Position numbers and translations under genes: made by a program. Below the pieces are notes generated by a model. That model was not told where the DNA came from and made no database searches. It saw only the letters and a list, made by a program, of their open reading frames with translations. Source: Acidobacteriota bacterium (GTDB taxonomy: Bacteria; Acidobacteriota; Vicinamibacteria; Vicinamibacterales; CAVVIG01). From it: a DNA stretch of 64,000 bases. How positions within the stretch are numbered: position 1 is the stretch's first letter; every line of letters starts with the position of its first letter. Below, piece by piece: positions 54,770 through 64,000 of this stretch. The stretch spans positions 1,556-65,555 of the forward strand of contig JAGWRA010000280.1 of the NCBI GenBank assembly GCA_028876655.1, read 5' to 3'.

Positions 54770-56539
54770 ATGGAGAAGAGAGTCCTCCTCGCCATCTTCT
54801 TGTCGTTCCTGGTCTTGTACGCCTTTCAGGGTTTGTTCGAGACCCCGAAACCGAAGCCGAAGACCACTCCAGCGGCGGCCGGAAAGGCCGTGCCGGGGAA
54901 GACGGCCGTTACTGGCATCCCCGCGGCGCAGGCTGGGAAAACTGCCGGGTCTACGGCGCGGGAGGCCGCGCAGCAGGCCCCGGCGGCCGGGTCCACCGCG
55001 TTGGTCTCGGCCAGTCAGGCCGAAGACATCCGGGTGGAAACCGATGCGGTCGAGGCGGTCTTCACGAACAAGGGCGGCGAACTGAAGAGCTGGAAGCTCA
55101 AGCACTACAAGGACCGCGAGGGCAAGCCGCTCGAGCTGGTCGTCACGCAGGTGATGGACCGCTATCCGTATCCCTTCTCACTGAAGGTGGCCGATCCCGC
55201 CGTTACCGCCCAGTTGAACGAGGCGCTCTACGCCGTGCAGGGCGGATCGGCCGGGACGGTCATCGACGGCCGCACCCATCCGGTCACCGTGTCCTTCGAA
55301 TACCGGGACGCGAGCGGTCTCAGCGTCCGGAAGCAGTTCACCCTGCAGCCGAACTCTTACGTGGTGGGCTTCCAGGCGACCGTCAGCCGCGCCGGACAGG
55401 TGATGAACCCGGCCGTCGAGTGGGGGCCGGGCCTCGGGGACATGTGGAACAGCGAGACCAGCCGCTACGTGCAGAAGCCGGAGGGGATCCTGTTCCACGC
55501 CGGCACCGAGAAGGTGGAGCGGCTCTCGGCGAAGGATCTCTCGAAGCAGGCCGGCTACGAGGGGACCTACGGCTACGCCGGGGTGGACGACAACTACTTC
55601 ATGTCGGCGCTGCTGTTCCCCGGCCGCATCCAGGTGCAGTACGAACCGCTGGCGATTCCCGAGTCGTCGGCGCCGAAGGCCCCGGTGCAGGACCTGGTGG
55701 CCTATCAGGTGCAGCCCGAGCAGCCCGATCAGGCGCTGAAGGTGTTCTTCGGTCCGAAGGACTTCGACGTGCTGGCGGGCATCGACCGCAACCTGGTCCG
55801 GGCGATCAACTTCGGCTGGTTCTCGTTCCTGGTGGTGCCGCTGCTGCGCGCCCTGAAGTGGCTGAACGGCTACATCCACAACTACGGCTGGTCGATCATC
55901 GCGCTGACCGTGCTCATCAACCTGGCGATCTTCCCGCTGCGCCACAAGAGCGTGGTGTCGATGCGGAAGATGCAGGAGATCCAGCCCGAGATCAAGGCGA
56001 TCCAGGCGCGCTACGCGAAGTTCAAGGCCACCGACCCCGCCCGGCAGAAGATGAACGTGGAGATGATGGATCTCTACCGGCAGAAGGGGGTCAACCCGGC
56101 CAGCGGCTGCCTGCCGATGATCCTGACGCTGCCGGTGCTCTACGCGATCTACTCTCTGCTCGAGACGGCGATCGAGATCCGCGGGGCGCCGTTCATCTTC
56201 TGGATCAAGGATCTCTCGCTGCACGACCCGCTGTACATCACGCCGATCCTGATGGGGATCTCCATGATGGTGCAGCAGAAGATGACGCCGAGCACGGCCG
56301 ACCCGACGCAGCAGAAGATCATGCTGGTCATGCCGATCGTGTTCACGGTGATGTTCCTCTGGGCACCGAGCGGGCTGGTGCTGTACTGGCTGGTCAGCAA
56401 CGTGTGGGCGATCGGGCAGCAGTACGTCACAAACTCTCTCATCGGCCCCCCGGTGGTGAAGGCGGTGCGGCCGCCGGCCGAGCGCCGCGTGAAGAAGGTG
56501 GGCTCGGGCAAGACGGACGCCGCGGCGGGCGGGAACTAG
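54770..56539 (+). CDS. yidC: membrane protein insertase YidC
   Basis: 589 aa with a periplasmic N-terminal domain and the conserved C-terminal core (GWSIIALTVLINLAIFPL...MQEIQPEIKAIQARY...GCLPMILTLPVLYAIY). Confidence 0.95.
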   Translation: MEKRVLLAIFLSFLVLYAFQGLFETPKPKPKTTPAAAGKAVPGKTAVTGIPAAQAGKTAGSTAREAAQQAPAAGSTALVSASQAEDIRVETDAVEAVFTNKGGELKSWKLKHYKDREGKPLELVVTQVMDRYPYPFSLKVADPAVTAQLNEALYAVQGGSAGTVIDGRTHPVTVSFEYRDASGLSVRKQFTLQPNSYVVGFQATVSRAGQVMNPAVEWGPGLGDMWNSETSRYVQKPEGILFHAGTEKVERLSAKDLSKQAGYEGTYGYAGVDDNYFMSALLFPGRIQVQYEPLAIPESSAPKAPVQDLVAYQVQPEQPDQALKVFFGPKDFDVLAGIDRNLVRAINFGWFSFLVVPLLRALKWLNGYIHNYGWSIIALTVLINLAIFPLRHKSVVSMRKMQEIQPEIKAIQARYAKFKATDPARQKMNVEMMDLYRQKGVNPASGCLPMILTLPVLYAIYSLLETAIEIRGAPFIFWIKDLSLHDPLYITPILMGISMMVQQKMTPSTADPTQQKIMLVMPIVFTVMFLWAPSGLVLYWLVSNVWAIGQQYVTNSLIGPPVVKAVRPPAERRVKKVGSGKTDAAAGGN

Positions 56540-56571
56540 ACGGCTGCGACTCGAGGCCCCCGGAGTGATGA

Positions 56572-57024
56572 ATGACGACCGAAGCGACAGACGAGATCGT
56601 CGAGTTCCTGACCCGGGTCACGACGGCGATGGGACTGTCGGCGACGACGACCATCGAGGCGACGGAGACCGGGCCGCGCATCAACATCGGGGGTGAAGGT
56701 GCCGAGCTGCTGCTGTGGCACCGCGGGGAAGCCCTGCGCGCGCTGCAGCACATGGTCGACATGGTGTTCGGCCGTCAACTGGCCGACGACGAGCGCGTCT
56801 TCCTCGACTGCCTGGAGTACCGCAAGGGGAAGGATCTCGAACTGAAGCAGATGGCGAGGTTCCTGGCGCAGAAGGCGAAGGACACCGGCCTCGATCAGGA
56901 GCTCGGGCCCCTGAACCCGTACGAACGCCGCCTGGTGCACATGTCAGCCGCCGAAGTGCCCGGCGTGACGACCGAGAGCGTCGGCGACGCGCACCTGAAG
57001 AAGGTCATCATTTCGGGGAAGTAG
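56572..57024 (+). CDS. jag: Jag/KhpB-like RNA-binding protein (KH + R3H domains)
   Basis: Position after yidC, plus an R3H-like LNPYERRLVHMSAAEVPGVTTESVGD. Confidence 0.8.
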   Translation: MTTEATDEIVEFLTRVTTAMGLSATTTIEATETGPRINIGGEGAELLLWHRGEALRALQHMVDMVFGRQLADDERVFLDCLEYRKGKDLELKQMARFLAQKAKDTGLDQELGPLNPYERRLVHMSAAEVPGVTTESVGDAHLKKVIISGK

Positions 57025-57138
57025 GGCGGCCCGGCACGGGTCGACGGCGAAGGCCGCTGTCCGAGGTCGCGCGCTCTTCTTGCCCAGGAACGCGGCAACA
57101 CCGCCCGTCGCAGGATCCGGAGCGTAAGCGACTGGCGA

Positions 57139-57166
57139 GCGCGGGGTGGGGCCCCGCGCCGTTGAA
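57139..57166 (+). repeat. intergenic repeat element, partial copy (hairpin part)
   Basis: GCGCGGGGTGGGGCCCCGCGCCGTTGAAG matches the hairpin + TGAAG part of the 35120/63177 element. Ends 3 nt before the mnmE ATG. Confidence 0.5.
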
Positions 57167-57168
57167 GC

Positions 57169-58599
57169 ATGTTCTCCACGGCCGACACGATCGTGGCGAT
57201 TGCGACGCCGGCGGGGCGAGGCGGCCTCGGCGTGGTGCGCATCAGCGGCGCCGCGGCGCAGGCGATCGCGCAGTCGCTGCTCGGGCGTTCGGCGCCGCTC
57301 CAGCCCCGCCGGGCGAGCTTCGGGCGGGTCCGCGCAGCCGTTCCGCCAGGAATCGCCTCCGCGTCCGCTGCCTCTCCGGATTCCCCTTCCACCGGCACCT
57401 GCGCAATCGATCAGGTCGTCGCCACCTTCTTCCCGGCCCCGCGCTCGTACACCGGCGAGGACACGGTCGAGATCGCGGCACACGGCAGCCCCGTGGTGCT
57501 GGACGCGATCGTCGATGCGGCGATGACCGCGGGCGGACGCCTCGCGGAGCCCGGCGAGTTCACGCTGCGGGCGTTCCTCAACGGCCGGATCGATCTGGTG
57601 CAGGCGGAGGCCGTGGCAGACCTGATCGACGCCGTGACACCGCTGCAGGCACGGGCCGCGTGCGACCAGCTCGACGGGACGCTGACCGGAGCGATTGTGG
57701 AGATCGAGCGCGGGCTCTTCGAGCTGATCGCGCGGCTCGAGGCCTCGATCGACTTCCCCGAGGAGGGCTATCACTTCATCGAGGCGGCGCAGGTGCGGAT
57801 GGAGACGACCGCGATTGCTGCGCGGATCGGTGCGCTGCTGGCGGGCGGCCGCGGCGGGCGGCTGCTGCGCGAGGGGGCGCGGGTCGCGATCGTGGGAAAG
57901 CCGAACGTGGGGAAGTCCAGCCTGTTCAATTTCCTGGTGGGAACGGGACGGGCCATCGTGGCGGCGGAGCCGGGGACGACACGGGATCTGGTCAGCGAGA
58001 CAGTCGACCTCGGCGGGCTGAAGGTGACCCTGGTGGACACGGCGGGCGTGCGTGAAACGAGCGATGCAGTGGAGGCGGAGGGCGTCGGCCGCGCGCGCGA
58101 GGCGGCCGCGGCGGCGGACCTGCAGCTGGTCGTGCTGGATCGGTCGCGGACGCTGGATGTGGATGATGCACGGGTGATGGAGGGGGCGACGGTCGGGCGG
58201 ACGCTGTTGGTGGTCAACAAGACAGACGCGGCCGACGCATGGACGGGGCAGGGATCGGACAGGCTGTGTGCGGGAGCGCCACGGCTCGACGTTTCGCTGA
58301 AGAGCGGCGCCGGGTGCGGGCAGCTCGCCTCGGCGGTGATCGAGGCGCTCGGGGTGGAACTGACGCCGCGCGACAGCGCCGCCATCACGAACCGGCGGCA
58401 GATCGGGCTGCTGGAGAATGCGGCCGTGGCACTGCAGCGGGCCGTCGACGGACTGGATGGCGCAGGCGGGCCGGTGCCCGAAGAGTTCGTGCTGCAGGAT
58501 CTGCACGCGGCGCGTGAGGCGCTCGAAGAGGTCAGGGGACGCCGGGCTCCGGACGAGGTGCTGCAGGAGATCTTCAGGCGCTTCTGCATCGGAAAGTAG
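57169..58599 (+). CDS. mnmE: tRNA uridine-5-carboxymethylaminomethyl(34) synthesis GTPase MnmE
   Basis: DTIVAIATPAGRGGLGVVRISG, G domain (IVGKPNVGKSSLFN ... DTAGVRE ... NKTD), C-terminal FCIGK. Confidence 0.95.
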   Translation: MFSTADTIVAIATPAGRGGLGVVRISGAAAQAIAQSLLGRSAPLQPRRASFGRVRAAVPPGIASASAASPDSPSTGTCAIDQVVATFFPAPRSYTGEDTVEIAAHGSPVVLDAIVDAAMTAGGRLAEPGEFTLRAFLNGRIDLVQAEAVADLIDAVTPLQARAACDQLDGTLTGAIVEIERGLFELIARLEASIDFPEEGYHFIEAAQVRMETTAIAARIGALLAGGRGGRLLREGARVAIVGKPNVGKSSLFNFLVGTGRAIVAAEPGTTRDLVSETVDLGGLKVTLVDTAGVRETSDAVEAEGVGRAREAAAAADLQLVVLDRSRTLDVDDARVMEGATVGRTLLVVNKTDAADAWTGQGSDRLCAGAPRLDVSLKSGAGCGQLASAVIEALGVELTPRDSAAITNRRQIGLLENAAVALQRAVDGLDGAGGPVPEEFVLQDLHAAREALEEVRGRRAPDEVLQEIFRRFCIGK

Positions 58600-58608
58600 G
58601 CGAAGAGG

Positions 58609-60482
58609 ATGGAACAGGACGCCGACGTGATCGTGATTGGGGCGGGCCATGCCGGGTGCGAGGCGGCGTGGAGTGCCGCGCGCATGGGGTGCCGGGTGGC
58701 GCTGTGCACGCTGGCGCCCGACACGGTCGCGCACATGCCGTGCAATCCGGCGATCGGCGGGACCGCCAAGGGACATCTGGTGCGCGAGATCGACGCCCTG
58801 GGCGGCCTCATGGGTGAAGCGATCGACGGCACGGGAATCCAGTTCAAGCTGCTCAACCGGAGCCGCGGCCCGGCAGTCTGGTCACCGCGCGCGCAGGCCG
58901 ACAAGCGGACGTACGGACAGTGGGTGCGCAGCCGGCTCGAGAGCGAGGCGAATATCCGCTGGGTCTTTGGGACGGCCGAGCGGTTGATGGTGGAGGGCGG
59001 GCAAGTAACCGGCATAGAGCTTTTTGATGGGCAACAACTGAAGGCGCCGGCGGTGGTCGTGACGACGGGGACCTTTCTGAATGGGTTGATTCACATCGGG
59101 CAGGAGCGGCGGCCGGCTGGCCGTGTTGGCGAGCCGCCGTCGGTGGGGCTGGCGCTATCGTTGAAGTCGTTCGGCTTCCGGTGGGGGCGGTTGAAGACAG
59201 GGACGCCGCCGCGGCTTGCCAAGCGGAGCATCGATTTCGCACGGGCCGTGCGGATGGGGCTCTTTGTCGAGGAGCGGGGAGACAGCGAACCGGTCGCCTT
59301 CTCGTTCCGGTCCGACAGGATCAACCGGCCTCAGATCGACTGCCACCTGCTTTATACCAACGAGCGGGTGGCCAGGCTGGTGCGGGAGAACGTGTCGGCG
59401 TCACCGCTGTTCAACGGGCAGATTCAGGGGATTGGGCCGCGTTACTGCCCGTCGCTGGAAGACAAGATCGTCCGGTTTCCGGATCGGGAGCGCCACCAGG
59501 TCTTCCTCGAGCCGGAAGGGATCGAGAGCGAGGAGATCTACGTCAACGGCTGCTCGATGAGCCTGCCGCGCGGTCTGCAGGAGGAGATCATCAGGAGCCT
59601 GCCGGGCCTCGAGGACGCGGAGATGCTCCGGCCGGGTTATGCGGTCGAGTACGACTTCATCCAACCGACCGAGTTGCGGCGGACGCTCGAGACTCGGCGG
59701 GTCGAAGGACTGTTCCTGGCGGGCCAGGTGAACGGGACCTCGGGTTACGAGGAGGCGGCGGCGCAGGGTCTCGTCGCTGGGATGAACGCAGCCTTGAAGG
59801 TGAGCGGTGGGGGGACGTTCATCCTGGGGCGGCACGAGGCCTACATCGGAATCCTGGTCGACGACCTCGTTACCAAGGGATGTCTGGAGCCGTACCGCAT
59901 GTTCACCTCGCGCGCAGAACATCGTCTCCTCCTGCGGATCGACAATGCCGACCTTCGGCTGACGCCGCGAGGCCGTGAGGCCGGACTCGTGGACGACGAG
60001 CGCTGGGAACGGTTTGAGGCGAGGCGTGGGCGCTTCGAAAGAAACCGGAAGGCCATAGCCGAGACGACGGTTGCGGTATCGACCGGGGAGCGGATGCCGG
60101 CGGCCAGGCTCTGAGGCAGCCCGAGGTGAAGTTGGCCGAGCTGCATCGAAACAGCCAAGTGCTGCTCGAGCTTGGCTGTGGGATGGAGGCACTCGATATC
60201 GCCAGCGTTGAAACCGAGATCAAGTACGAGGGGTATCTGCGGCGTCAGATGGCGACTGTCGAGCGGCTCCAGCGCGACGAGAGGCGGGAGATCCCGGAGG
60301 ATTTTGTCTTTGAGGGTGTACCCGGACTGTCACGGGAGGCGGTGCAGCGGCTCAGCGAGGCGCGGCCGGAGACGCTCGGTCAGGCGCTGCGGATTCCGGG
60401 ACTGACGCCGGCGGCGGTAGCGCTCATCGGTGCGAGGCTGAGACGGCCGGCGGCCGCCGGCGGGCCGACGGCTGCCGGGTAA
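58609..60482 (+). pseudogene. mnmG: tRNA uridine 5-carboxymethylaminomethyl modification enzyme MnmG, split by an apparent 1-nt deletion
   Basis: Residues 1-501 ([22 protein letters not shown]...) end at TGA 60112-60114. The conserved C-terminal domain ([12 protein letters not shown]...EIKYEGYLRRQ...GQALRIPGLTPAAV) continues in the -1 frame (ORF 60126..60482). Restoring one C after GCC (60103-60105) gives ...[15 protein letters not shown]... Confidence 0.85.
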
Positions 60483-60488
60483 CGGCTG

Positions 60489-61148
60489 ATGACCTCACGA
60501 GAATTCCGGACGCGGCTCCTCAAACGGGCAGGCAAGGTCGAGCTCGCCGTGACAGACGTCGTCATCGAGGGGCTCGAGGCGTACTACCGGCTGCTCGCCA
60601 GGTGGAATCAGAAGATCAACCTGACATCTCTGCCGTTGGCGGAACTCTCGGACGAGACGGTGGATCGGTTACTGATCGAGCCACTGGCTGCGGCGCGGCA
60701 TGTCCGTCCGGAGGCTCGTTCCGTCATCGACATCGGCTCCGGAGGTGGTTCACCGGCGCTTCCGCTGAAGGTGGCGCTGCCGTCTCTGAGGCTCTCGATG
60801 GTTGAGGTGAAGGTGCGGAAATGCGCCTTCCTTCGAGAGGCGGTGCGGACGCTGGCTCTGGAAGGGGCAGAGGTGGAGAATGCCCGTTTCGAGGAGTTGC
60901 TGACCCGGCCGGAATTGCACGAGGCGTTCGACCTCCAGACCATGCGAGCCGTCCGGGTCGAGGGGCGCACGCTGAGAACCGTTCAGGCGTTCGTTCGTCC
61001 TGGAGGGCAAGTCTTTCTTTTCCGCGGACCGTCCGGTGAACTGCCTGAGCCGCTCGCACCCCTGGTCTGGCGAAGCACCGAACCCCTCGTTCCGTCCCTT
61101 CGGAGCCGTCTCGTCATCCTCGAAAAGGCGTCCGTTCCAGGTCGTTAA
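60489..61148 (+). CDS. rsmG: 16S rRNA (guanine527-N7)-methyltransferase RsmG
   Basis: YYRLLARWNQKINLTSL ... VIDIGSGGGSPALPLKV. Confidence 0.9.
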   Translation: MTSREFRTRLLKRAGKVELAVTDVVIEGLEAYYRLLARWNQKINLTSLPLAELSDETVDRLLIEPLAAARHVRPEARSVIDIGSGGGSPALPLKVALPSLRLSMVEVKVRKCAFLREAVRTLALEGAEVENARFEELLTRPELHEAFDLQTMRAVRVEGRTLRTVQAFVRPGGQVFLFRGPSGELPEPLAPLVWRSTEPLVPSLRSRLVILEKASVPGR

Positions 61149-61178
61149 GTGCTGCCAGGCGACCTGCCCTCCTAGGTT

Positions 61179-61194
61179 TGTTCCACGTGGAACA
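61179..61194. promoter_or_regulatory. parS site (perfect 16-bp palindrome)
   Basis: TGTTCCACGTGGAACA, versus the canonical parS TGTTNCACGTGAAACA. Confidence 0.8.
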
Positions 61195-61316
61195 CTGTGC
61201 ATACCCGAAGCCTCGCCGTCTCTACCTCCGTGCGACCTCAGCCAGGTGATAGCCGCGATGCGTCGGCAAGATGCTAAGTCTTAATTTTCAAAGGCTTACA
61301 ATCAGAGCAGCTGCTG

Positions 61317-61332
61317 TGTTCCACGTGGAACG
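61317..61332. promoter_or_regulatory. parS site (15/16 palindrome)
   Basis: TGTTCCACGTGGAACG, 116 nt upstream of parA. Confidence 0.75.
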
Positions 61333-61447
61333 ACTAGCCTAGCCTGAGGCCCAAGAAAGGCCGCGTGAATAGGGACGGTCTCGGTTACAATGTGCCAGAC
61401 AAGTCAAATAGACCCAGGCAGACATTGTTTCTGTCGAAAGACCTAAA

Positions 61448-62242
61448 ATGGGCCGCATCATCGCGATCGCCAACCAGAAAGGCGGGGTCGGCAAGACGAC
61501 CACGGCCATCAACCTGCCAGCCGCCCTCGCGCTCGCCGGCCTGCGGGTGCTGATGGTCGACATGGACCCGCAGGCGAACCTCACCAGCGGCGTCGGTTTG
61601 AAGAACCAGGCGACCGCGAGCGGCACCATCTACAGCGCCCTCACGACACCCGAGCCGCTCACCGATCTCGAGCCCTTCATCCTCACGACCCGGATCGACA
61701 ACCTGCACCTCGTGCCGGCCGATGCGCATCTGACGGGCGCCGAGATCGAACTGGTCACGCTGCCGCAGCGCGAGGAACGGCTGCGCCTGCTCCTGCACCC
61801 GCTGCGCGATCGCTACGACCGCATCTTCATCGACTGTCCGCCCTCGCTCGGGCTGCTCACGTTGAACGGTCTCGTGGCGGCCGATGCCGTGCTCATTCCG
61901 CTCCCGTGCGAGTACTTCGCGCTCGAGGGGCTCGCCGATCTCGTGAGCACGATGCGCCGCGTGCGCGGGGCCCTCAATGCCGGGCTCGACATCGAAGGCG
62001 TGCTGCTGACGATGTACGACGAGCGGACGAACCTGGGCCAGCAGGTCGCGCGGGACGTGCGGGCGTTCTTCGAAGGCAAGGTGTTCGAGACGGTGATCCC
62101 GCGGAACGTCCGGCTCGGGGAAGCCCCCAGCCACGGCCTGCCCATCGTCCTCTACGATCAGAAGTCGCGCGGCGCGGCCGCCTACATGTCGCTCGCGCGC
62201 GAGCTGCTCACGCGCGACGGCCAGGCGTCCGTTCCGGCGTGA
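61448..62242 (+). CDS. parA: chromosome partitioning ATPase ParA/Soj
   Basis: [23 protein letters not shown] (deviant Walker A) and overall ParA pattern. Confidence 0.95.
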   Translation: MGRIIAIANQKGGVGKTTTAINLPAALALAGLRVLMVDMDPQANLTSGVGLKNQATASGTIYSALTTPEPLTDLEPFILTTRIDNLHLVPADAHLTGAEIELVTLPQREERLRLLLHPLRDRYDRIFIDCPPSLGLLTLNGLVAADAVLIPLPCEYFALEGLADLVSTMRRVRGALNAGLDIEGVLLTMYDERTNLGQQVARDVRAFFEGKVFETVIPRNVRLGEAPSHGLPIVLYDQKSRGAAAYMSLARELLTRDGQASVPA

Positions 62243-62273
62243 TCGGCGACCGATTCGACGGAGAACCGCAGCC

Positions 62274-63137
62274 ATGGACAAACGCCCAGCCCTCGGCAAG
62301 GGCCTGAGCGCGCTCATTCCCGACGCGCCGGCCCCGACACCCGGACCGATTGAGGTCGACATCGACCTGCTCTCGCCCAATCGCTACCAGCCGCGCGCGC
62401 GCGTCGACGAAACGGCGCTCGCCGAGCTCGCCGAATCGATCAAGGCGAACGGCATCATCCAGCCGATCGTGGTCCGCCGCGCCGGGCAGCGATACGAGAT
62501 CATCGCCGGCGAGCGCCGGTGGCGGGCCGCCCAACGCGCCGGCCTCCATCGGGTGCCGGTGGCGATCCGCCAGGTCGCCGACGGCGAAGAACGCTCGCTG
62601 CTCGAGATGGCGCTCGTCGAGAACGTGCAGCGCGCCGACTTGAATCCCATTGAGGAGGCAGAGGCGTACCGCCGGATGACCGATGAGTTCCACCGCACGC
62701 AGGAGGAAGTGGCGGCGGCCGTCGGGAAGGATCGCGCGTCGGTCGCCAACTACCTGCGCCTGCTGAAGCTGCCCGAGGAGCTGCGCGCCGAAATCGCGGG
62801 CGGGCGGCTGTCCATGGGCCACGCCCGGGCGCTGCTCGGCCTGGCGGACGCGGCCGCACAGCGGAACCTGTCGCGCGACGTCCTTGCGCGCGGCCTGTCG
62901 GTGCGCGACACGGAAGCCCTGGTCCGGAAACTCGCCGGTGGCGGGAAGCCGCCGGCGCCGGCCCCGAAGAAGACCGACGTGCACACGCGCGCGGCCGAAG
63001 AGCAGCTGCGCCTGACTCTCGGCACGGCGGTGCGGATCGTCCGCCGGGGAAAGAAGGGCCGGATCGAGATCGATTTCGGATCGGAAGACGAGCTGATCCG
63101 GATCTACGATCAGTTGACGGACGGAACCTCGCGTTGA
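62274..63137 (+). CDS. parB: chromosome partitioning protein ParB/Spo0J
   Basis: LGKGLSALI ... QPIVVRRAGQRYEIIAGERRWRAAQRAGL ... LNPIEEAEAYRRM. Confidence 0.95.
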   Translation: MDKRPALGKGLSALIPDAPAPTPGPIEVDIDLLSPNRYQPRARVDETALAELAESIKANGIIQPIVVRRAGQRYEIIAGERRWRAAQRAGLHRVPVAIRQVADGEERSLLEMALVENVQRADLNPIEEAEAYRRMTDEFHRTQEEVAAAVGKDRASVANYLRLLKLPEELRAEIAGGRLSMGHARALLGLADAAAQRNLSRDVLARGLSVRDTEALVRKLAGGGKPPAPAPKKTDVHTRAAEEQLRLTLGTAVRIVRRGKKGRIEIDFGSEDELIRIYDQLTDGTSR

Positions 63138-63176
63138 GGTCGCGAGCGATCGAAGAGAGCTTCGCCGAAGGCCCTG

Positions 63177-63257
63177 CCGAGCCGAGGACCTGTGAATCCG
63201 AGGCGAGGCATCGGCGTCAGGTCCGCGCGGGGGTGGGGCCCCGCGCGAATTGAAGAA
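63177..63257 (+). repeat. intergenic repeat element, copy 2 (full length)
   Basis: CCGAGCCGAGGACCTGTGAATCCGAGGCGAGGCATCGGCGTCAGGTCCGCGCGGGGGTGGGGCCCCGCGCGAATTGAAGAA. Contains a 9-bp-stem hairpin CGCGCGGGG/CCCCGCGCG. Confidence 0.7.
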
Positions 63258-63270
63258 ACACGAGATCGAC

Positions 63271-64000
63271 ATGCAGAAGCGCCTGACCGAAATGGTCGCC
63301 TGCGCCGGTTGAGCGAGCAAACTCGCCGCTGGCGAGCTCGCTCAGGTTCTGAGCGACATCCCCGTGCAGTCCGACCCGCGGATCCTGATCGACTTCAGGA
63401 CCCACGACGATGCGGGTGTGTACGCCTGGGAGGCCGGCCCGGCGCTCGTGCAGACCGTCGATTTCTTCACCCCGATCGTCGACGACCCCTACCAGTACGG
63501 CCAGATCGCCGCGGCCAACGCCCTCAGCGACGTCTACGCGATGGGCGGCCGACCGGTTACAGCCCTGGCGATTGCCGGCTTCCCGGACGGGGGGCTCGAC
63601 GAGCCGACCATCAAGGCGATCTTCCGTGGCGGCTTCGACAAACTGCGCGAGGCGGGCGCCGTCCTGCTCGGAGGCCACACAGTCCGGGACCGGGAGATCA
63701 AGTTCGGCTACGCCGTCACCGGCGCGGTCGATCCGGCACGGATGCTGTCGAACGCCGGCGCCCGGCCCGGCGACCGGCTGTTCCTGACCAAGCCGATCGG
63801 CACCGGCATCATCGGCACGGCGATCAAGTTCGACCGGGCCCCGGACATCCTGGTGCGCCAGGCGGTGGCGTCGATGTGCACCCTGAACCGGGCGGCGGGC
63901 GAGGTGGCGGCGGCGGCCGCCGGCACCGCGGTGCGGGCGTGCACCGATGTCACCGGCTTCGGCCTGGCGGGACATGCGACCGAGCTGGCGGTGGCGAGCC
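63271..64000 (+). CDS. selD: selenide, water dikinase SelD with in-frame UGA (selenocysteine) at codon 14; 3' end beyond the window
   Basis: ATG 63271 gives MQKRLTEMVACAG-TGA-ASKLAAGELAQVLSDIP...VDFFTPIVDDPYQYGQIAAANALSDVYAMGGRP... U-A-S-K aligns with C-G-C-K of the E. coli SelD active site. The ORF track misses the gene because of the TGA at 63310-63312. Confidence 0.85.
63311..63343 (+). promoter_or_regulatory. candidate bacterial SECIS stem-loop
   Basis: Directly after and overlapping the UGA. Outer stem GAGCGAG (63311-63317) / CTCGCTC (63337-63343), 4-nt bulge CAAA, inner stem CTCGCC (63322-63327) / GGCGAG (63331-63336), loop GCT. Confidence 0.45.

Noticed and set aside
56944-58776. 610-aa and 414-aa minus-strand ORFs antisense to mnmE/mnmG
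   Set aside because: Shadow ORFs. The plus-strand MnmE and MnmG frames carry the diagnostic motifs.
60100-60130. Programmed -1 frameshift or stop readthrough in mnmG
   Set aside because: I saw no slippery heptamer or downstream structure, and the pattern matches a simple 1-nt deletion. Assembly error or pseudogene is more parsimonious.

Overview
High-GC bacterial chromosome segment. Gene content points to Acidobacteriota (PadR + ADOP duplicated-permease pairs, DUF885, FmdB zinc ribbon); this is inference only. There are three parts. (1) 1-7.4 kb is ordinary regulation and metabolism: a B12-binding MerR regulator, an epimerase-SRPBCC fusion, hemH, a frameshifted cupin, AKR + LysR, and a secreted beta-propeller. 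(2) 7405-32644 is a ~25.2-kb genomic island integrated into tRNA-Ser(UGA). It is bounded by an exact 23-bp direct repeat of the tRNA 3' end, with a tyrosine integrase beside the intact tRNA. Its cargo includes three recognisable anti-phage modules. These are an Ec67/Eco2-type retron RT-Toprim (I predict an msr/msd ncRNA upstream), an AbiEi/AbiEii pair whose toxin carries an unusual WYL-like + zinc-finger-like C-terminal extension, and an AvcD-like dCTP deaminase paired with a divergent RHH gene and a triple GATATC operator. The island also holds several uncharacterised ORFs, a heavily structured non-coding region (nested inverted repeats), two PadR-membrane modules, a methyltransferase/membrane-protein operon, and two tRNA-Leu-like remnants. 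(3) 32.6-64 kb is the replication-origin neighbourhood: tRNA-Ser, serS, galU, rsmI, glmU-glmS and uvrD/pcrA. Beyond these, gyrA-gyrB-dnaN-dnaA (minus strand) diverges from rpmH-rnpA-yidD-yidC-jag-mnmE-mnmG-rsmG-parA-parB (plus strand). This part has DnaA boxes, an AT-rich patch, two parS sites, and a selD with an in-frame UGA (selenocysteine) at the right edge. Two conserved genes (cupin, mnmG) carry 1-nt indels next to short C/G runs, so assembly error must be considered. No rRNA, CRISPR array or transposase was seen. All family assignments come from reading the supplied translations for motifs; no database search was run.
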